NCBI RefSeq assembly: GCF_018350175.1
Contig: NC_058368.1
Span: forward strand, 190,032,001 to 190,096,000
DNA from: Felis catus
Lineage: Eukaryota
DNA: 64,000 nucleotides
Direction of reading: 5' to 3'
Shown: piece by piece, positions 49,966 through 62,667 of the stretch
Position numbering within the stretch: position 1 is the first letter of the stretch
How the letters are laid out: every line of letters begins with the position of its first letter
Made by a program: the position numbers and the translations under genes
The notes under the pieces: generated by a model
The model's input: the letters and a program-made list of their open reading frames with translations, nothing else
What the model was told of the DNA's origin: nothing
The model's database searches: none

Positions 49966-49976
49966 ATTAAAATAAA
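49966..49976 (+). terminator. ADAM19 distal polyadenylation signal
   Basis: ATTAAA 49966-49971 overlapping AATAAA 49971-49976; downstream tgttgtctggtttgg...tttttgttggtg. Confidence 0.75.
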
Positions 49977-51510
49977 TTGTCATTCGAAATGTTGTCTGGT
50001 TTGGCAGTTCTTTTTTGTTGGTGTTAATCTCCCACTGCTCAGCCTGGATAGGGTCCATCTCATGAGGACTCCTCAGAAGAGTTCCCACAGAGACCACCAG
50101 TCCATCTGTGAGGCCACAATGAAAGACCCAAAGCCACAGCAAAGGGTTTTCCCATGACCAGTTGAGAAGGGCTGCTTACCTTTGTATCTGGACACAGGCT
50201 AGTCTAGTTTAATTAGGTTTGGGGTCACTAGAGGCACGAAAGAATGATCCTGGGATCGTCTGCTCTGTTTCTCCTCAGGCTACACTATTGTACTTGGAGA
50301 CAGCGAAGACCCTTGGTCAGCCTCCTCATCTTATTGCTGGGTAACACGCACTTCCAAATGGGGAGAGTCTTGCTCAAGGTCTGTTGGGCTGGGTGGGCAG
50401 GTGCAGAGCCAAGGCTAGGGTTGAGTATGCTTTCTGATTCCAGAGCCCTATGTGATAACAACTGCCATCCATTAGTGCCCCTGAGTCCGCAGAAAGATCC
50501 CACCCTTATTCTCTCATTTGATCCCTGCCTTGGTTTTGAGGTTCTCTAAGAGAGAATCATAATAACCATGCTAGGAGGTAACATTACCGAGTACTTAAAT
50601 TATGCTAGGCATTGTATGTTACTGTCTTTCTGTACATTACCTCATTGAATCTTCACAAAAGCCCTGGGAGGTCTTTGGTATCTGATATTTTTCTAACTTC
50701 TCAGGATTTTGAGACTGCCTGAGGATATCAAATGCTTTGACTACTAAAATGCTTCCTCATGAAATCAGCCCCCACCCAAACACCCCTGCCTGTTTAACAT
50801 CCATCATCTAAACTACCCACTGTGTCTACTCTGCCAGCCGATCTCTGGGTTGATAGTCATAGATTGATCAGCAATGCAATACGCAAAGCCTGGTTGGACA
50901 GACCTGGTTCAAATCCCAGCTCTGCTGCTTACTAGATGTGTGGAAATGGATAAATTCCAGAACCTGGGGCCTTTTTTTGCTACATGGCGGGAGTAATACA
51001 TACCTCAAAAGTGTGATCATACGCGAAGTGCTCCGTGTGAAAGCACCCACCTGTGCCTAGCCTGGGCTAAGTGCTCAGCGACTGCTGACTACATCAGTTT
51101 TTGAGTTGCCCTGCTGAACATGCCAGGGTTTTATTTATATCTGCTCTGGACTGAGAGTTGGCTCCCAAGACAGTTTGGGCAAAGGAACAGTATTGCTCCT
51201 TTATTCAACAGATGATTTTTATGAGTGCCAACTATGTGTTCGGCATTGAAAACAAGCAGCAAATAAAGACCAGCTCCCATGAGGCTTATACCCAGACAGG
51301 GGAAACAGCACGGATCACAGGAAAAGGAATGAGCAAAGTAGTGCCAGACTTAGTTTAGTGCTTCGGAGAGACGCATTGCCTGGTGGGTAAGACTATAGAC
51401 CCAGAGCCAGATATCAACTTGGACTCTTCCTGGCTGTGTGACCTTGGGCGATTACATAACCTCCCTGAGACACTTTCCTCAAAAATGGGGCTTAAAAATA
51501 TATCTACCTT

Positions 51511-51736
51511 GGGGCGCCTGGGTGACTCAGTCAGCAAAGCATCTGACTTCGGCTCAGGTCATGATCTCACGGTTTGTGGGTTCGAGCCCTGCATCGGGCT
51601 CCATGCTAACAGCGCAGGGCCTGGAGTGTGCTTCAGATTCTGGGTCTCCTCCTCTCTCTCTGCCCCTCTCTGTTCGTGCTCTCTCTCTCTCTCTCTCTCT
51701 CAAAAATAGATAAACATTAAAAGTTAAAAAAAAAAA
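51511..51736 (+). mobile_element. Felid-type Can-SINE in a MIR, intergenic
   Basis: ggggcgcctgggtgactcagtc...(CT)n, A tail; atctacct repeated at 51502-51509 and 51736-51743. Confidence 0.92.
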
Positions 51737-51972
51737 TCTACCTGGGGGATTTGTGAGGACTTAAAGAATCCACATAAAGCTGTTCATACTGTGCCTGGCT
51801 CCCAGTATGGGCTCAGGTATTAACAAGGGATGAATATTTTCAACCGACTGTTCCCCAAACAGCCTTTCCCACTGTAGTGAGAGTGTGCCTGTGAAAGTTA
51901 CTGTAGGGACTTACTTGGCAGTCACAACCCTCCAGAGATCAGACACCAGCCCCCCAGCATTAGACAAACCAA

Positions 51973-51978
51973 TTTAAT
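51973..51978 (-). terminator. Probable NIPAL4 polyadenylation signal (ATTAAA)
   Basis: + strand tttaat = ATTAAA on the - strand, ~1.8 kb after the stop; I saw no AATAAA between it and the stop. Confidence 0.55.
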
Positions 51979-53754
51979 TGTTCTGTGTCCTATGAAGGCC
52001 AAGACACAAGTATCAAGTAAACATACCCAGAGGTCTTTTATCTTGACCCTGTAAACCACGCTCTCAGGGCCCTTAGATTACTGCCACTCTCAAGATCCAA
52101 CATGTTGCACTGATTTTAGTTACAGACAGAAATCCACATTCATTGAAAACTGGAAATTTGAGGCTGGAGGTGCAGGAAGCTAGTGTATTGGTCAGCCGAG
52201 CCTTTAGAGCTTCAAGGCCAGCAAGAGTCTGGGCCGGGCTTGGCTGTGCTTAGGGCATGGGACATCAATGCAGGACACAGGTACGGGGTTATACAGGGGA
52301 GGCTCTGCACCCACTTGGGGGCTGAGGATCAAGCCTTCCCTCTTTATAGATATACTGGCTCTCTTACTTCCCCTTCAATGGCCCTTCTACCAACTCCCAC
52401 ACTCTTGCAGTTAGAAAGAAGACAGGAAGGGAATTATCTCTCTCCCTCTCTCCAGCTGCTCTTGTTTTTTAAATGCGTCTGGCCAAATGTGAGGGGACCA
52501 AAGGCAGTCCCCAAAGTAGATGGTGTTGGAGCAGCCACGACCTGCTGCTTCCCAAGGTGGGTAGCTCATCAGTGGCATTGAGGACTTGGTGGCCATCTGA
52601 TCAACAGCCAGAAAACACCCATGCCAAGCCTACACCCCACTCGGTCACGGAAGTTCAAAGCTGATCCCACTGCTCAAGCCTCTAAGGCTATAGCCCAGAA
52701 AGTACCCAGAGCCCTTTCCACCTGGGTTCTTGGGCACCAGAGTAAACACAAAAGCCATCCCTGGTTTCTAAAGGGCCTGTGGCCGCTTTTTGCCAAATTC
52801 TGACATTGCCCCTAATTCTCCCCATCTCCCCAAATCATATTTTGGTTTACTCCTTGAGGAAAAGGAAAGTGCATTCTGCCAAATGCTATTTTGACAGCCA
52901 GACTACTTTTAAGAGCAGTGCAAATGCTGTTCTCTTTCCAGAGGGAAGCAAAATGAAACACTGGGTTGGGCCAGCAGAGCTTGGCTGTAGAGGATCATTG
53001 TCCTTATCATTTTGTTTTTTGAGTTCTAAGGTAATTGCCTGAATGTCTCAGTGACAACTCCTTAGGACAGAGAGAGAGACAGAAGGGGCAGGGATGGGGG
53101 TAGAGTGGACGGAAGTGAAGATGCTGACCTCCCGGCTGGAGTGCTCCGGGAATGGGGCTGGTGGAAATGTTCCCTGAGACATCAGGTGGTTTTCACAGTA
53201 AGAAGGTCAGCTGAGGTCATGCTGTTGTCTCCGAAGAGGAAGTAGCAAAAGCAGCAAGACGTCTCACATTAGTTGTCAGCTCTGGATGGGAGGCGTGACG
53301 AATTGCTCTCGCGGCCTCCAGGAGCCAGCTGCACTTTGTCCTTGGGCTGAGGAATGGGATTCAGTCTCAGGAGAACCAGTGCTAAGTATTTCCTGATGAC
53401 CAGCATCTCAGGGAAGTTCTTGGCCTGTGCTACATTCAACGGGTCAAATTCTATCTTCTTCCCAACAACACAGAGATGGCACTGAGGAAATAAGTGGGAA
53501 GGAAGGTCCAGGGGACCTGCTGGCACCAACATCAAGTAGGGTATTTGGTCACTGAGGCTGTTTCCACGAAGTTCTGCAACCACCGCTCACTGGGTAGGGA
53601 TTTTCCTTCTGGAAACAATGATGAGGTATAAATGAACATCTCAAGAAAAGAGAGCCCATCGGTAACAGTTGTTCTGAAAATAACCAGGTGGCTCTGGAAT
53701 TGAGAAGTCAGGCTGTACTGTAGTGCTCATCTTCTCACTCTCATATTCCACACT

Positions 53755-54383
53755 TTAAGAATGGATTATAAATACTTTGGGCTTCTCTTCTGGTGATGGG
53801 GTGCTGGAGAGTTCTATATTGTCCACAAGGACATTCTTGTCTTCTAGTCTAATGACAGTGGGCTCAGGGGTGGGAGATGGGGTTGGGTTTTTGTGCATGT
53901 GGGGCAAGCTGGTCTGGCTGATGTCCAGGTCTTTGAAAGCATGAAGCATGAACACACCCAGAATGATGGTGACAAAGCCAGAGAGGGTGCCCACAATGTC
54001 CACTACAGACATGCTGTACCATTCCTTGAAGAGGATGACAGAGGAGGTAACCACCACCGTCGTGAAGAACACATAGTAGATGGGGAACACCAGGGAAGTA
54101 TTAAAAATGTCCAGTGCCCTGTTCAGGAAGTTGACCTGAGTGCTGAGAGAAAGTGCCAGGATGAGGGACAGGATGTAGGGGAGGGGATGCCTCACAACTG
54201 GCATCCCCTGGAAGAAGTTCTTAATGGTGATGCCCAGACCCTTGACGGCAGACACGGAGAAGGACCCAATCACAGAGCAGATGATGATGTAAACGAGGAT
54301 GTTCCTTTGTCCATAGCGTGGGGCGATGACGAAGATGAGGATGAGGCAGAACACCAGCAGAAGCACAGCAAACACGATGTACC
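53755..54383 (-). CDS. NIPAL4: NIPAL4 exon 6 coding part, with stop
   Basis: tgaAG|gg tac atc; [36 protein letters not shown]...[14 protein letters not shown] at 53757-53755. Confidence 0.97.
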
Positions 54384-54586
54384 CTTCAGGAGGGGAAGAG
54401 ATAGATAATCTGAGCTATGGAGGATGCAATTAGTATCTAGAGCCCCTATCCATGGTGGTGGGATGTAACACAGTAGGGTTCCAGCCCCATGACACAACTT
54501 TTGAATAATTTGGACAAGTTACTAATTAAAACGCAAGACCTCCATTTCCTCATTTGTAAAACAGGGCTAAGAATAGGACCTTTCTC

Positions 54587-54812
54587 GGGGTACCTGGGTG
54601 GCTCAGTCAGTTGAGTATCGACTCTTGATTTTGGCTCAGGTCATGATCCCAGGGTCGTGGGATCAAGCACCATGATGGGCTCCATGCTAAGCATGGAGCC
54701 TGCTTGGGATTTGCTCTCTCTCTCTCTCTCTCCCTCTCTCTCCCTCCCTCTGCCCCTTTCCCCTGCTCTTGCTCTCTCTCTCTCTCTAAAATAAAATAAA
54801 ATAATAAGTTAA
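54587..54812 (+). mobile_element. Can-SINE in a MIR
   Basis: 18 bp TSD aagaat(a/g)ggacctttctc at 54569-54586 and 54813-54830. Confidence 0.92.
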
Positions 54813-54867
54813 AAGAATGGGACCTTTCTCATAGAGCTTTTTTGGTGGGATTTAATAAGATAATACA

Positions 54868-55201
54868 TGCTACAAGACTATGTCCCCCCAAGTTCCTATG
54901 TTGAAACCTAATTCCCAGTGTGATGGTATTTGGACATGGGGCCTTTGGGAGGTGATTAGGTCATGAGGGTGGCACTTTCATAAATGGGATTAGTGTCCCT
55001 ATAAAAGAGACCCCAGAGAGATCCTTCACCCCTTCCACCATGTAAGGGCACAGAGAGAAGATGGCCATTTATGAATCAAAATCTACCAGGGTTTTGATCT
55101 TGGATTTTCCAGCCTCCAGAACTGTGAGAAATAGATCTCCGTTGTTTATAAGCCACCCAGTCCATGACATTCTGTTACAGCAGCCTGAACATACTAAGAC
55201 A
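54868..55201 (+). mobile_element. MLT1A-like solo LTR
   Basis: TG...ctaagaCA termini; ggggcctttgggaggtgattaggtcatgaggg and ccagcctccagaactgtgag; 5 bp TSD ataca/atgca. Confidence 0.85.
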
Positions 55202-55408
55202 ATGCATGGAAAATATTTAGAACCATGCCCGGCACATAATAAACACATGATAAATGACATCAATACACATCAGGCTGGGAAGCCTGTGAGCTAACCCTAG
55301 GACCAGCCCCCCAACTTTCTTTCTTTAGCTTCCCTCTCCTCCAGGTGGCAGCACCTGACATGGTCAGCACGCAGCCAGACCTTCCCACTCACGGGGCTCG
55401 GAGCCTAC

Positions 55409-55569
55409 CTGTGTCTTTCATCTTGGCAGCCATCTCAACAACGGTGGAGACCTTCTCTTCCTCGGGGGCGTGTATCACCATCACTGTGCTGCCGGCCACA
55501 CAGATCACACAGCCCAACTTCCCCAGCAGATTCAGACTCTCTCCCAGGAAGTATGAGGACAGGACAGCA
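55409..55569 (-). CDS. NIPAL4: NIPAL4 exon 5
   Basis: tgcAG|t..g|GTaggc; 161 nt; AVLSSYFLGESLNLLGKLGCVICVAGSTVMVIHAPEEEK...KMKDT. Confidence 0.97.
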
Positions 55570-57355
55570 CTGCACATGGAAGTGGGAGACAGAGATTAGA
55601 AGCCATACTTGTCCCAGTGTCCTGAAGGAAAATGGGGCCTGAGCAAGCGCTCATGGAGAACAGATCAAGGCTCACTGATCTCCTCCAAAAAACATTTGAA
55701 ATAGAAACTTATTTAGGGGAGGCTTATGGCGTGTGCTGGAGGAATCGACGTATGTGTGGAGTTCTTTCGTTTTAGAGACTAAAAGATCCCCAAACACAAG
55801 AGTTGGAAAAGTCCTTCAAAGCACTCTTGTCTAACTTCCTACCAATGAGCACATCTTCTCTTAACATTACAGACTGCTTTCAGACATGGCTTGTAAACCA
55901 CTGGTGGCAAGCAGCTCGCCCCTGCACAAGGCAAATGGATCTACTGTAGGTTCATTCTAATTGTCAAAAATATGGTAATTTCTACTCATTGTCCTATTTC
56001 TATTCCATGAGCTATATGGAACAAATCTATTCCTCCTTCCGTTTGTATATGCCAACATGAACAACCACAATGACAATTAGAGGCACTGTGTCTTAGGCAT
56101 ATATAATACGTACTAAGTATTAGGCTAGGAATTTTCTACTTATTATATCTCACTCACATCTCACAACTCTTTGAGAAGTAAAATATATTATCCCCATTTT
56201 ATAGACAAAAAACTGAGTCTTATAGAAATTAAAATAACTTGGCAAGTTCATGCAACTGGTAAGTAGCAAGGCCAGGATTTTAGCTGAATTTCTGTCTAAT
56301 TATAAAGCCTATGGTTTTTCCTCTATACTTCATTGAAGAGAATTCTTGTGACTTCCCTGAAGTGGGTAAAACACCTCCAGTTCCTTGCTATTCCTTGGTG
56401 ATGTGATTTTCATTCCCCTCACATCCTCAGATGGCAGAGGTGAGGGAAGAAGGGAGGGAAATGGGGCAAGACAGGTATGATCTCATGGTAGGTTTCTATT
56501 TCCTTACAAAGGTAACATTACCTTAAGGTAAAAATCAGTGGCTGATCTAGGAATGAATTCCTCCCCCCAAATCCTAGTTAAAGATATGAAGAGAGGGGAG
56601 ATTAATGTCCAAGCTCCTTTGAATGTCTTCTGTCTCTCCTTTAAAACTACCCATAACATTTTACCCGGAATGTGTGTTCAAGAGAGTCTGGTGGCATTAG
56701 CACAGGCAGACGTCATGCGATGGAATATTCCTCTCCTCCCCCAACTTCCTGGGAGTAGGAATTTGTAAGTTAATCAGATACACAATAGAAGCATCACAAC
56801 TACATCAGCCAACTATACAATGTGAGTCACGGTTCTGTTTGTTTTTGATCGTGTAAACGTTACAAAATTGTCATCCAGATGGTAAAACAAAACAGGAAAC
56901 TATGGGTGCTGGGTGTGGTCAGCTGGCATTTACCAGGGCTCCCAGGTTAAGCCAATAATCACAGCCAGCTTCAAATGGGGCTCCAAGACCCCCACAGAGG
57001 AACTATGCTTATAGTTCAGGAGGAATGAGGCAATGCGAAGCACACATACTTAGTATCAGTTATTTTAAAAACTATTGGATGTCTGTCAGGCAACACGGCT
57101 TAGTGGCTTGAGCACGTGGTCTTTGAAATCAGACTGCTTGGGTGGGAATCCTGGCCTAGCCCCTTAGGACCTGGCTGATCTTGACCAAGTTGCTTAACCT
57201 GTCTTGGCTTCAGGTGTCTTCTACTTTCTAGTTAGTCGGGAGGCTGTGAGGATTAAATGAGTTAATACATGGGAAACATTTAGAACATTTAGCACATAGT
57301 AAGCCCTCATATGTGTTGGCTATGGTGATTCTTCACTGCCAGTTCTGTACTATGT

Positions 57356-57395
<40 letters not shown>

Positions 57396-57407
57396 TCCTT
57401 TCTTTCT

Positions 57408-57451
<44 letters not shown>

Positions 57452-57649
57452 TTTCTTTCTTTCACATTTATTTTTGAGAGACAGAGCATGAGCTGGGGAG
57501 GGGCAGGGAGAGATGGAGACACAGAATCCGAATCAGGCTCCAGGCTCTGAGCTGTCACCACACAGCCTGACTCGACGCGGGGCTCGAACCCACACACTGT
57601 GAGATTGTGACCTGAGCCGCAGTTGGACGCTGAGCCAGCCAGGCGCCCC
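57356..57649 (-). mobile_element. Felid-type Can-SINE with tail expanded into a (TTTC)n microsatellite (57356-57463)
   Basis: ends ccaggcgcccc; TSD tgtactatgt/tgcactatgt at 57346-57355 and 57650-57659. Confidence 0.92.
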
Positions 57650-58165
57650 TGCACTATGTGCTTTCTGTGCATCATCTCATTTAGTCCTTGAAGCAATGCC
57701 TTCAGGTAGGTAGTATTAGCATCCCCACTGAGCAGACAGGGAAATTGAGGCTTAGAGAAGTTAAATGACTTGCCCATGGTAGTATAGTTACTACCTTAGG
57801 CAGAGCTAAGGTCAGAACTCAGGGACAGCTAATACAGAGCTCATGCTTTTTAACTTGTATGCTGCTCCTACTGGGGCACGAAAGCATTGGCATGAGACAG
57901 TCAGCTTGGTGGCAGTGGGAGCCCTTCCAGCTGATCTGGGTTTGGCCTGCCCTTCTATTGCCCCATCGTTCGAGGAGAGGCTAGAGCAACCAGCAGCAAA
58001 CAATCTACGGATCAGGAGCTCTGAACAGCACAGTGCCTCTTTCTGGGAGCTAATATCGACCCACGTCCCTCACTGCAAGTGGCAGTTGACCCCACTAGAC
58101 AGTTCCAGACCTCAACAAACTGAAAATAGGAAGGAGGCAGAGACAGCAAGAGAGGTGACAATAAC

Positions 58166-58256
58166 CTTATGAGGACGCTCAGCGCTCCCAGAGGCGTGAC
58201 AACTGTCGCAGGAGCAAATGCGTAGGCCCCGAAGTTGGCAACCTCTCCAGCAGCCA
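58166..58256 (-). CDS. NIPAL4: NIPAL4 exon 4
   Basis: cctAG|tg..ag|GTtatt; 91 nt; [29 protein letters not shown] (NIPA signature). Confidence 0.96.
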
Positions 58257-59422
58257 CTAGGAAATGAAGGGAGAAAACAGGGTAGTGTGGCTTTGATGCA
58301 TCATCTCCAGCCCAACTTAACCTGGGCAGAGACAGCTTCATTCAGTGGTCAACCATTCACAGGATCCCAGACCATCATTCCTTAATGTCTTGATCCTTAT
58401 GCTCTCCCCATGGCCAATCTGATCAGAAGGCCAGGCCCAGATTATCCTGATCAAATCCTTCCATTTTAGATGGGCAAGCTAGGCCCAGAGTCCAAGGTCA
58501 CAGGACATGTTTGTGGAAGGATGCTTTCTTGTTCTTGAGGTCTCTTGGCTTCTAGTCCAGGCACGGCTAAATGTATCTCAGGGACTGTTGATGTTTCATC
58601 TGTATATATGAGTTGAGTTCTAGAAAATGTTAATTTATCAAATAAAGAAACATTTAATTATTGGTTCTCCAGGTACCAGTTGGTCATGAGGCCATCTCTC
58701 CCAGATTGACAGGCAGGTGGTTAGAAAGTCTGACATTCCCAAAGGGCCTAGTTCTCTGCATTTGAGTTTCTAGTTTGCAGACTCCTGAAAGTGCCCTTTC
58801 TGTCTCTGCTGGTAGAGAATGACCTGGGTCTGCCCTTTGAAAGTAGATGATGAATGTTATAGCCCTGGCTATGACTAGGGTCAAAACCTGACTTATAAAT
58901 GGAAAGCTGGATAATTTTCCATTCAAAAGAATTAGGGTTTGAAAGCCAGAGAGGGTGGGTGGAAAGCGGGGGAAATGTGTGAATGTGCAAATCTGGGCAA
59001 ACTGCAAGTGGCAGACCAGCCATGTTCTAAAGTGAGCCAACACATGGCCTGTGGAATGGGAAAATTGGCTGAGGAACCCCAGCCTCCCATGTAGAGATCC
59101 AAGAGACTCCAACCAGGAGTGATAACTCTCTATGTTTCAAGGGAAGTTGAGAAAAGACATCTTTATCATTACCAGCTCTCTACAAACCTCTCTCGGCTTA
59201 AATGTTTCATGGATGAAGGACTGACTTTGGGCTGAGAAAGAGATATGAAATACAGGTAAAATGTTCAACCTGCAAAGATGGTCAAGAGGTTCCCCTTGGG
59301 AATCTGGGTCTCAGATTCACACTTGGCACAATGGAGACAGAAAGGCCCCCCTCCGCCCCTCCTTTCATCTCCACCTCTGCCATCAAAGGGTCACTGTTGT
59401 TAGTAAGAAAGAACCCACTTAC

Positions 59423-59479
59423 TGGTGAGAAATCCAGCCCACCACATGGCATCCTTCAGGTAGCCATACCCTCCGTCCA
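59423..59479 (-). CDS. NIPAL4: NIPAL4 exon 3
   Basis: tacAG|tg..a|GTaagt; 57 nt; DGGYGYLKDAMWWAGFLT. Confidence 0.96.
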
Positions 59480-59519
59480 CTGTAGAAAGGAATGGACACA
59501 AAGTTAGCTTGGCCATGCT

Positions 59520-60635
59520 CTTTCAGGCACCTTTCCTATCTCTACCTTCACTCCCCAGTCTTGAAGGATTCAATATATGTTAGCTGGTTAGTCCTCTGGG
59601 CTTGCTTCTGGGTGAACTTATCCATTCCCCAAGTTTTAAATACCATCTTTATGCAGGCATCCTTATTTCATACGTGTATACTGATCCTTTCTTTGGAGCC
59701 CAGATGTATGTTCAATTGCTTAGTTGACATCTCTTGGATCTCCTATAGGCGTCCCAAACTCTGTCTTAAATAGAACTCTTAATTTTAAATGCTCCCCACC
59801 CACCCACCTACCAAATGAAAGTCAGTAAATGGCACCTCTATGCACCCAGTTGCTTAAGCCCCAAACCAGAGAATCACCCTTGACCCTCCCATTCCTCCAC
59901 CTTCTGCATTCCATCCATTCTGCTAATTCCCTCTCCAAAGAGCATCACACATATGTCCACTCCACTGCCACCACTCAACTCCAAGGCACTACCACCTCTG
60001 GCCTGGGCTGAGGCAATAGCCCTCTATGTTCATCTGATTCCACTCTCATCATCCCTTTATAACCCACTGCCTTCATAGCAGCCAATGAATTTTAAGAATG
60101 TAAATCATACAGTCACCCCTCAAGCTTGCAGCAGGCCAATAGCTTCCAAATACTCAGAGGATAAAGCCCCAAATCCTAAATAAGCCAGTTTGTGGTTTTG
60201 TCCCTGTTCACCTCTCCAAAGGCATCTCCTACCACTCTTCTTACTAGTATCTACTCACTCAGGCTTTCTTTTAGTTCGTCCAAAATGACGAGCTCTTTTT
60301 GGCTTTAAAAACTTTGCATGTGCTTTTCCATGTTGGAAACAGTCGTCTTAACGATATTTGCTTACATATATTTGCTCACTCTACAGGACGTTGCTTGAAT
60401 GTTTCTTCCCCTAAGATGTCCTCTGTGACCCCCTTATCTCTATTATTTCTCCTTGGGATTCTCGTTCATCACACCCAGCTTTTCTCCTTCATGACATTTA
60501 TTTATAAATTGAATTAATGTATTTATTTTCTGGCATATCTCCCACTAAAATGGAAACCCCAGGAAGTCAGGAATTGTGTCTGCCTTGTTCACATGGTGGA
60601 CTCAGAGCCTGGCACACAGTCAATACTCAATAATA
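59520..60635 (+). mobile_element. L2 LINE fragment
   Basis: ttcaattgcttagttgacatctcttgg...cccagttgcttaagccccaaacc...agagcctggcacacagtcaatactcaataa; boundaries approximate. Confidence 0.7.
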
Positions 60636-61334
60636 ATAGTTATGATGATGATGGTTATGATGGTAATAGATGGGTTTTAGACAGTTATGTGAAAATCCAG
60701 AGATTGTGTATCGCTTTTTGTAAATGTCTATTTTTCTAAGAAGGTCTTTAGATCTCATCAGGTTCCTAAAGGACTTAGGATCTTCCATAAAAGGAGCACT
60801 GAGAGCATTTTATGCTAAGGGTTGAAATCTCATTAGATAAGGAAACAGCAGATTGGAGGGAAAAAAGGATTCCAGAGAAGCTGCCTTTCTGAATGGTATC
60901 AGTGATATTTACCCTGCTTTCTCCTGGCACAAGCAAATCTTTTCCTGGCACTTTGGGAGGTCTCTGGTCTTCTGAACACTTGTCAGGACGTGAAGGAGAG
61001 AGCAACAAAGACCATTGCTCCTGACTTCCTCCCCACATCTCACAGCTTTCCATTTCAGAGGGCACCTGGCTCTAGCCCTGGATATCCAACTGTCTGCCGG
61101 GCCGTCCCACTTAGAGAAGAGTGATACCAACACTCGAGCCAAGCATTTTTGTAAAGACACTACCTATCTTCACAACAATACTAGAGGTTGGAACTGGTCT
61201 TATCCCCATTTTACAGATGAGGAAACTGAGGCACAGAGAAAGCACTTTCCTTGCCCAGGATCACATCACCAGGAACTGAAGAGCTGGAATTAGAGCCCCA
61301 GGAGTCTGCTTCCAAAGCACAGTGTCCCACAGAA

Positions 61335-62172
61335 CACTAAACTGAACATGCCCAGACTTGAACCATCGTCTTCCCATAAACCCGCTCTTCCTGCCTTCTT
61401 TATCAAAGAAAACAGCACCCTCATCTCCTCAGTTGCTCAAGTCAGAAAGCTGAGTCAGCCTCGACTCTGTTTTCACCATCCCCTGGGAGCCAGTCGACAC
61501 CAAACCCAGAAAGCTCTCTTGGGACTCTACCACTGTCTCCATTCCCAGGCCCAAGTTATGCTGTCCCTCTCCCCTAACTGGTCTCCTGGGCACCAGTCTT
61601 GTCCCTAATCCACCGTCCACCCAGCAACCAGGAATTTTTTCAAATCGTAAATCGAACTATGCCACTCCTCTGCCCAAAACCTTTGTCACTTACAATTGCA
61701 CCCAAACTCCGTAGCCCGGTTTGCAAGACCCTTCGCGATCTGGCCCTTCCCCCGTCTCTTACCCCTCGGTGCTCCAGCCATCCTGAACTACTTTCGGCTT
61801 CCAATGTCTCTCATCCTCTCTTGCCTCTGAGCCTTTGCACTTGCTGTCCTTTCTGCCTGCATCACCATGTCTTCTTCTCTTCTCCTCCACCTTGCCACCT
61901 CATCGTTTAGGCCCCAGCTTCCAGATCACCTTTTGTAGAAAACCTCCCCTAACCTTCCAAGCCTGGGCTTTACATGCTCCTCCAAAATAGTCCCAAGGGA
62001 TTCTGTATTTTCGCCATGACAGATAGCAAGTAACCTACTATGGAACGATTGCCTATTGACTTGCCTGTGTCTCCCACTCACCTCAATGTCCCACAGGGCA
62101 CTGTGTCCCCGTGTCCAGCATGGTATCTGGCACCCAGCAGGCTTGCGGTGAATCATGAGCAAATAAATGAAT
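61335..62172 (+). mobile_element. L2 LINE fragment
   Basis: ctaaactgaacatgccc...gcctttgcacttgctgtcc...tggcacccagcagg...taaatgaat 3' end. Confidence 0.7.
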
Positions 62173-62667
62173 TCCTTTACACATGATTCCTTTTCTCCAG
62201 AATGTTTTCACAGTAAGTCCCTTGTGGACAGAGACCCAGTAATTTTTCTGTAGCCTGTAGCGGCTTCAGTGTGAAGTTAATAGGGCACACTAGTGTGCGG
62301 CAATGCTCTGGGCAGAGGTATTTGTATGCCCATTTTGCAGGGAAGTTGAGACTTGCCTATGATGACCTAGCTGGTAAGAAATAAAACTGGACTAGATCTG
62401 GGGTTTCTGATTCTCGGCTGTGAGATTTTCCTTATCTGTACCCCCAATTAACTTATCTTGAAATTCTCCAGAAATGTTGGATTTTAAAGGAACGTCTCCT
62501 GCTGGTGGACTGGATTCCCGGTGGAGTTGACAATGAGTCTTTTGTGACCATTTAGGCCAGGCTCTGAAACTGCTACAGTGGCCCCCCCTATGAAGGGAGG
62601 TGCACAGGCCTGGCCCAGGGTCCAGTTGCCCGGCACCCCATGCCCACCCTCTCCCTCAGGACCCTAC

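Larger units (their letters stand above)
1508..49995 (+). other. ADAM19: ADAM19 gene body (5' part outside window): exons 4-23 plus 3'UTR
   Basis: 20 exons with AG/GT boundaries join into one open frame of 2506 nt ending in TAA at 46405-46407. Domain order is prodomain, furin site, reprolysin protease, disintegrin, Cys-rich, EGF, TM, Pro-rich tail. Peptides match recalled ADAM19/meltrin beta. The 3' end is approximate. Confidence 0.97.
46408..49995 (+). other. ADAM19: ADAM19 3'UTR (~3.6 kb)
   Basis: Follows the stop codon, lacks young SINEs, and ends at overlapping ATTAAA/AATAAA followed by a GT/T-rich tract. Cleavage site is estimated. Confidence 0.75.

Noticed and set aside
53893..54408. 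171 aa + strand ORF
   Set aside because: Antisense shadow of NIPAL4 exon 6 produced by its codon bias.
57307..57777. 156 aa ORF with KERK repeats
   Set aside because: Translation of a MIR, a Can-SINE and the (GAAA)n tail.
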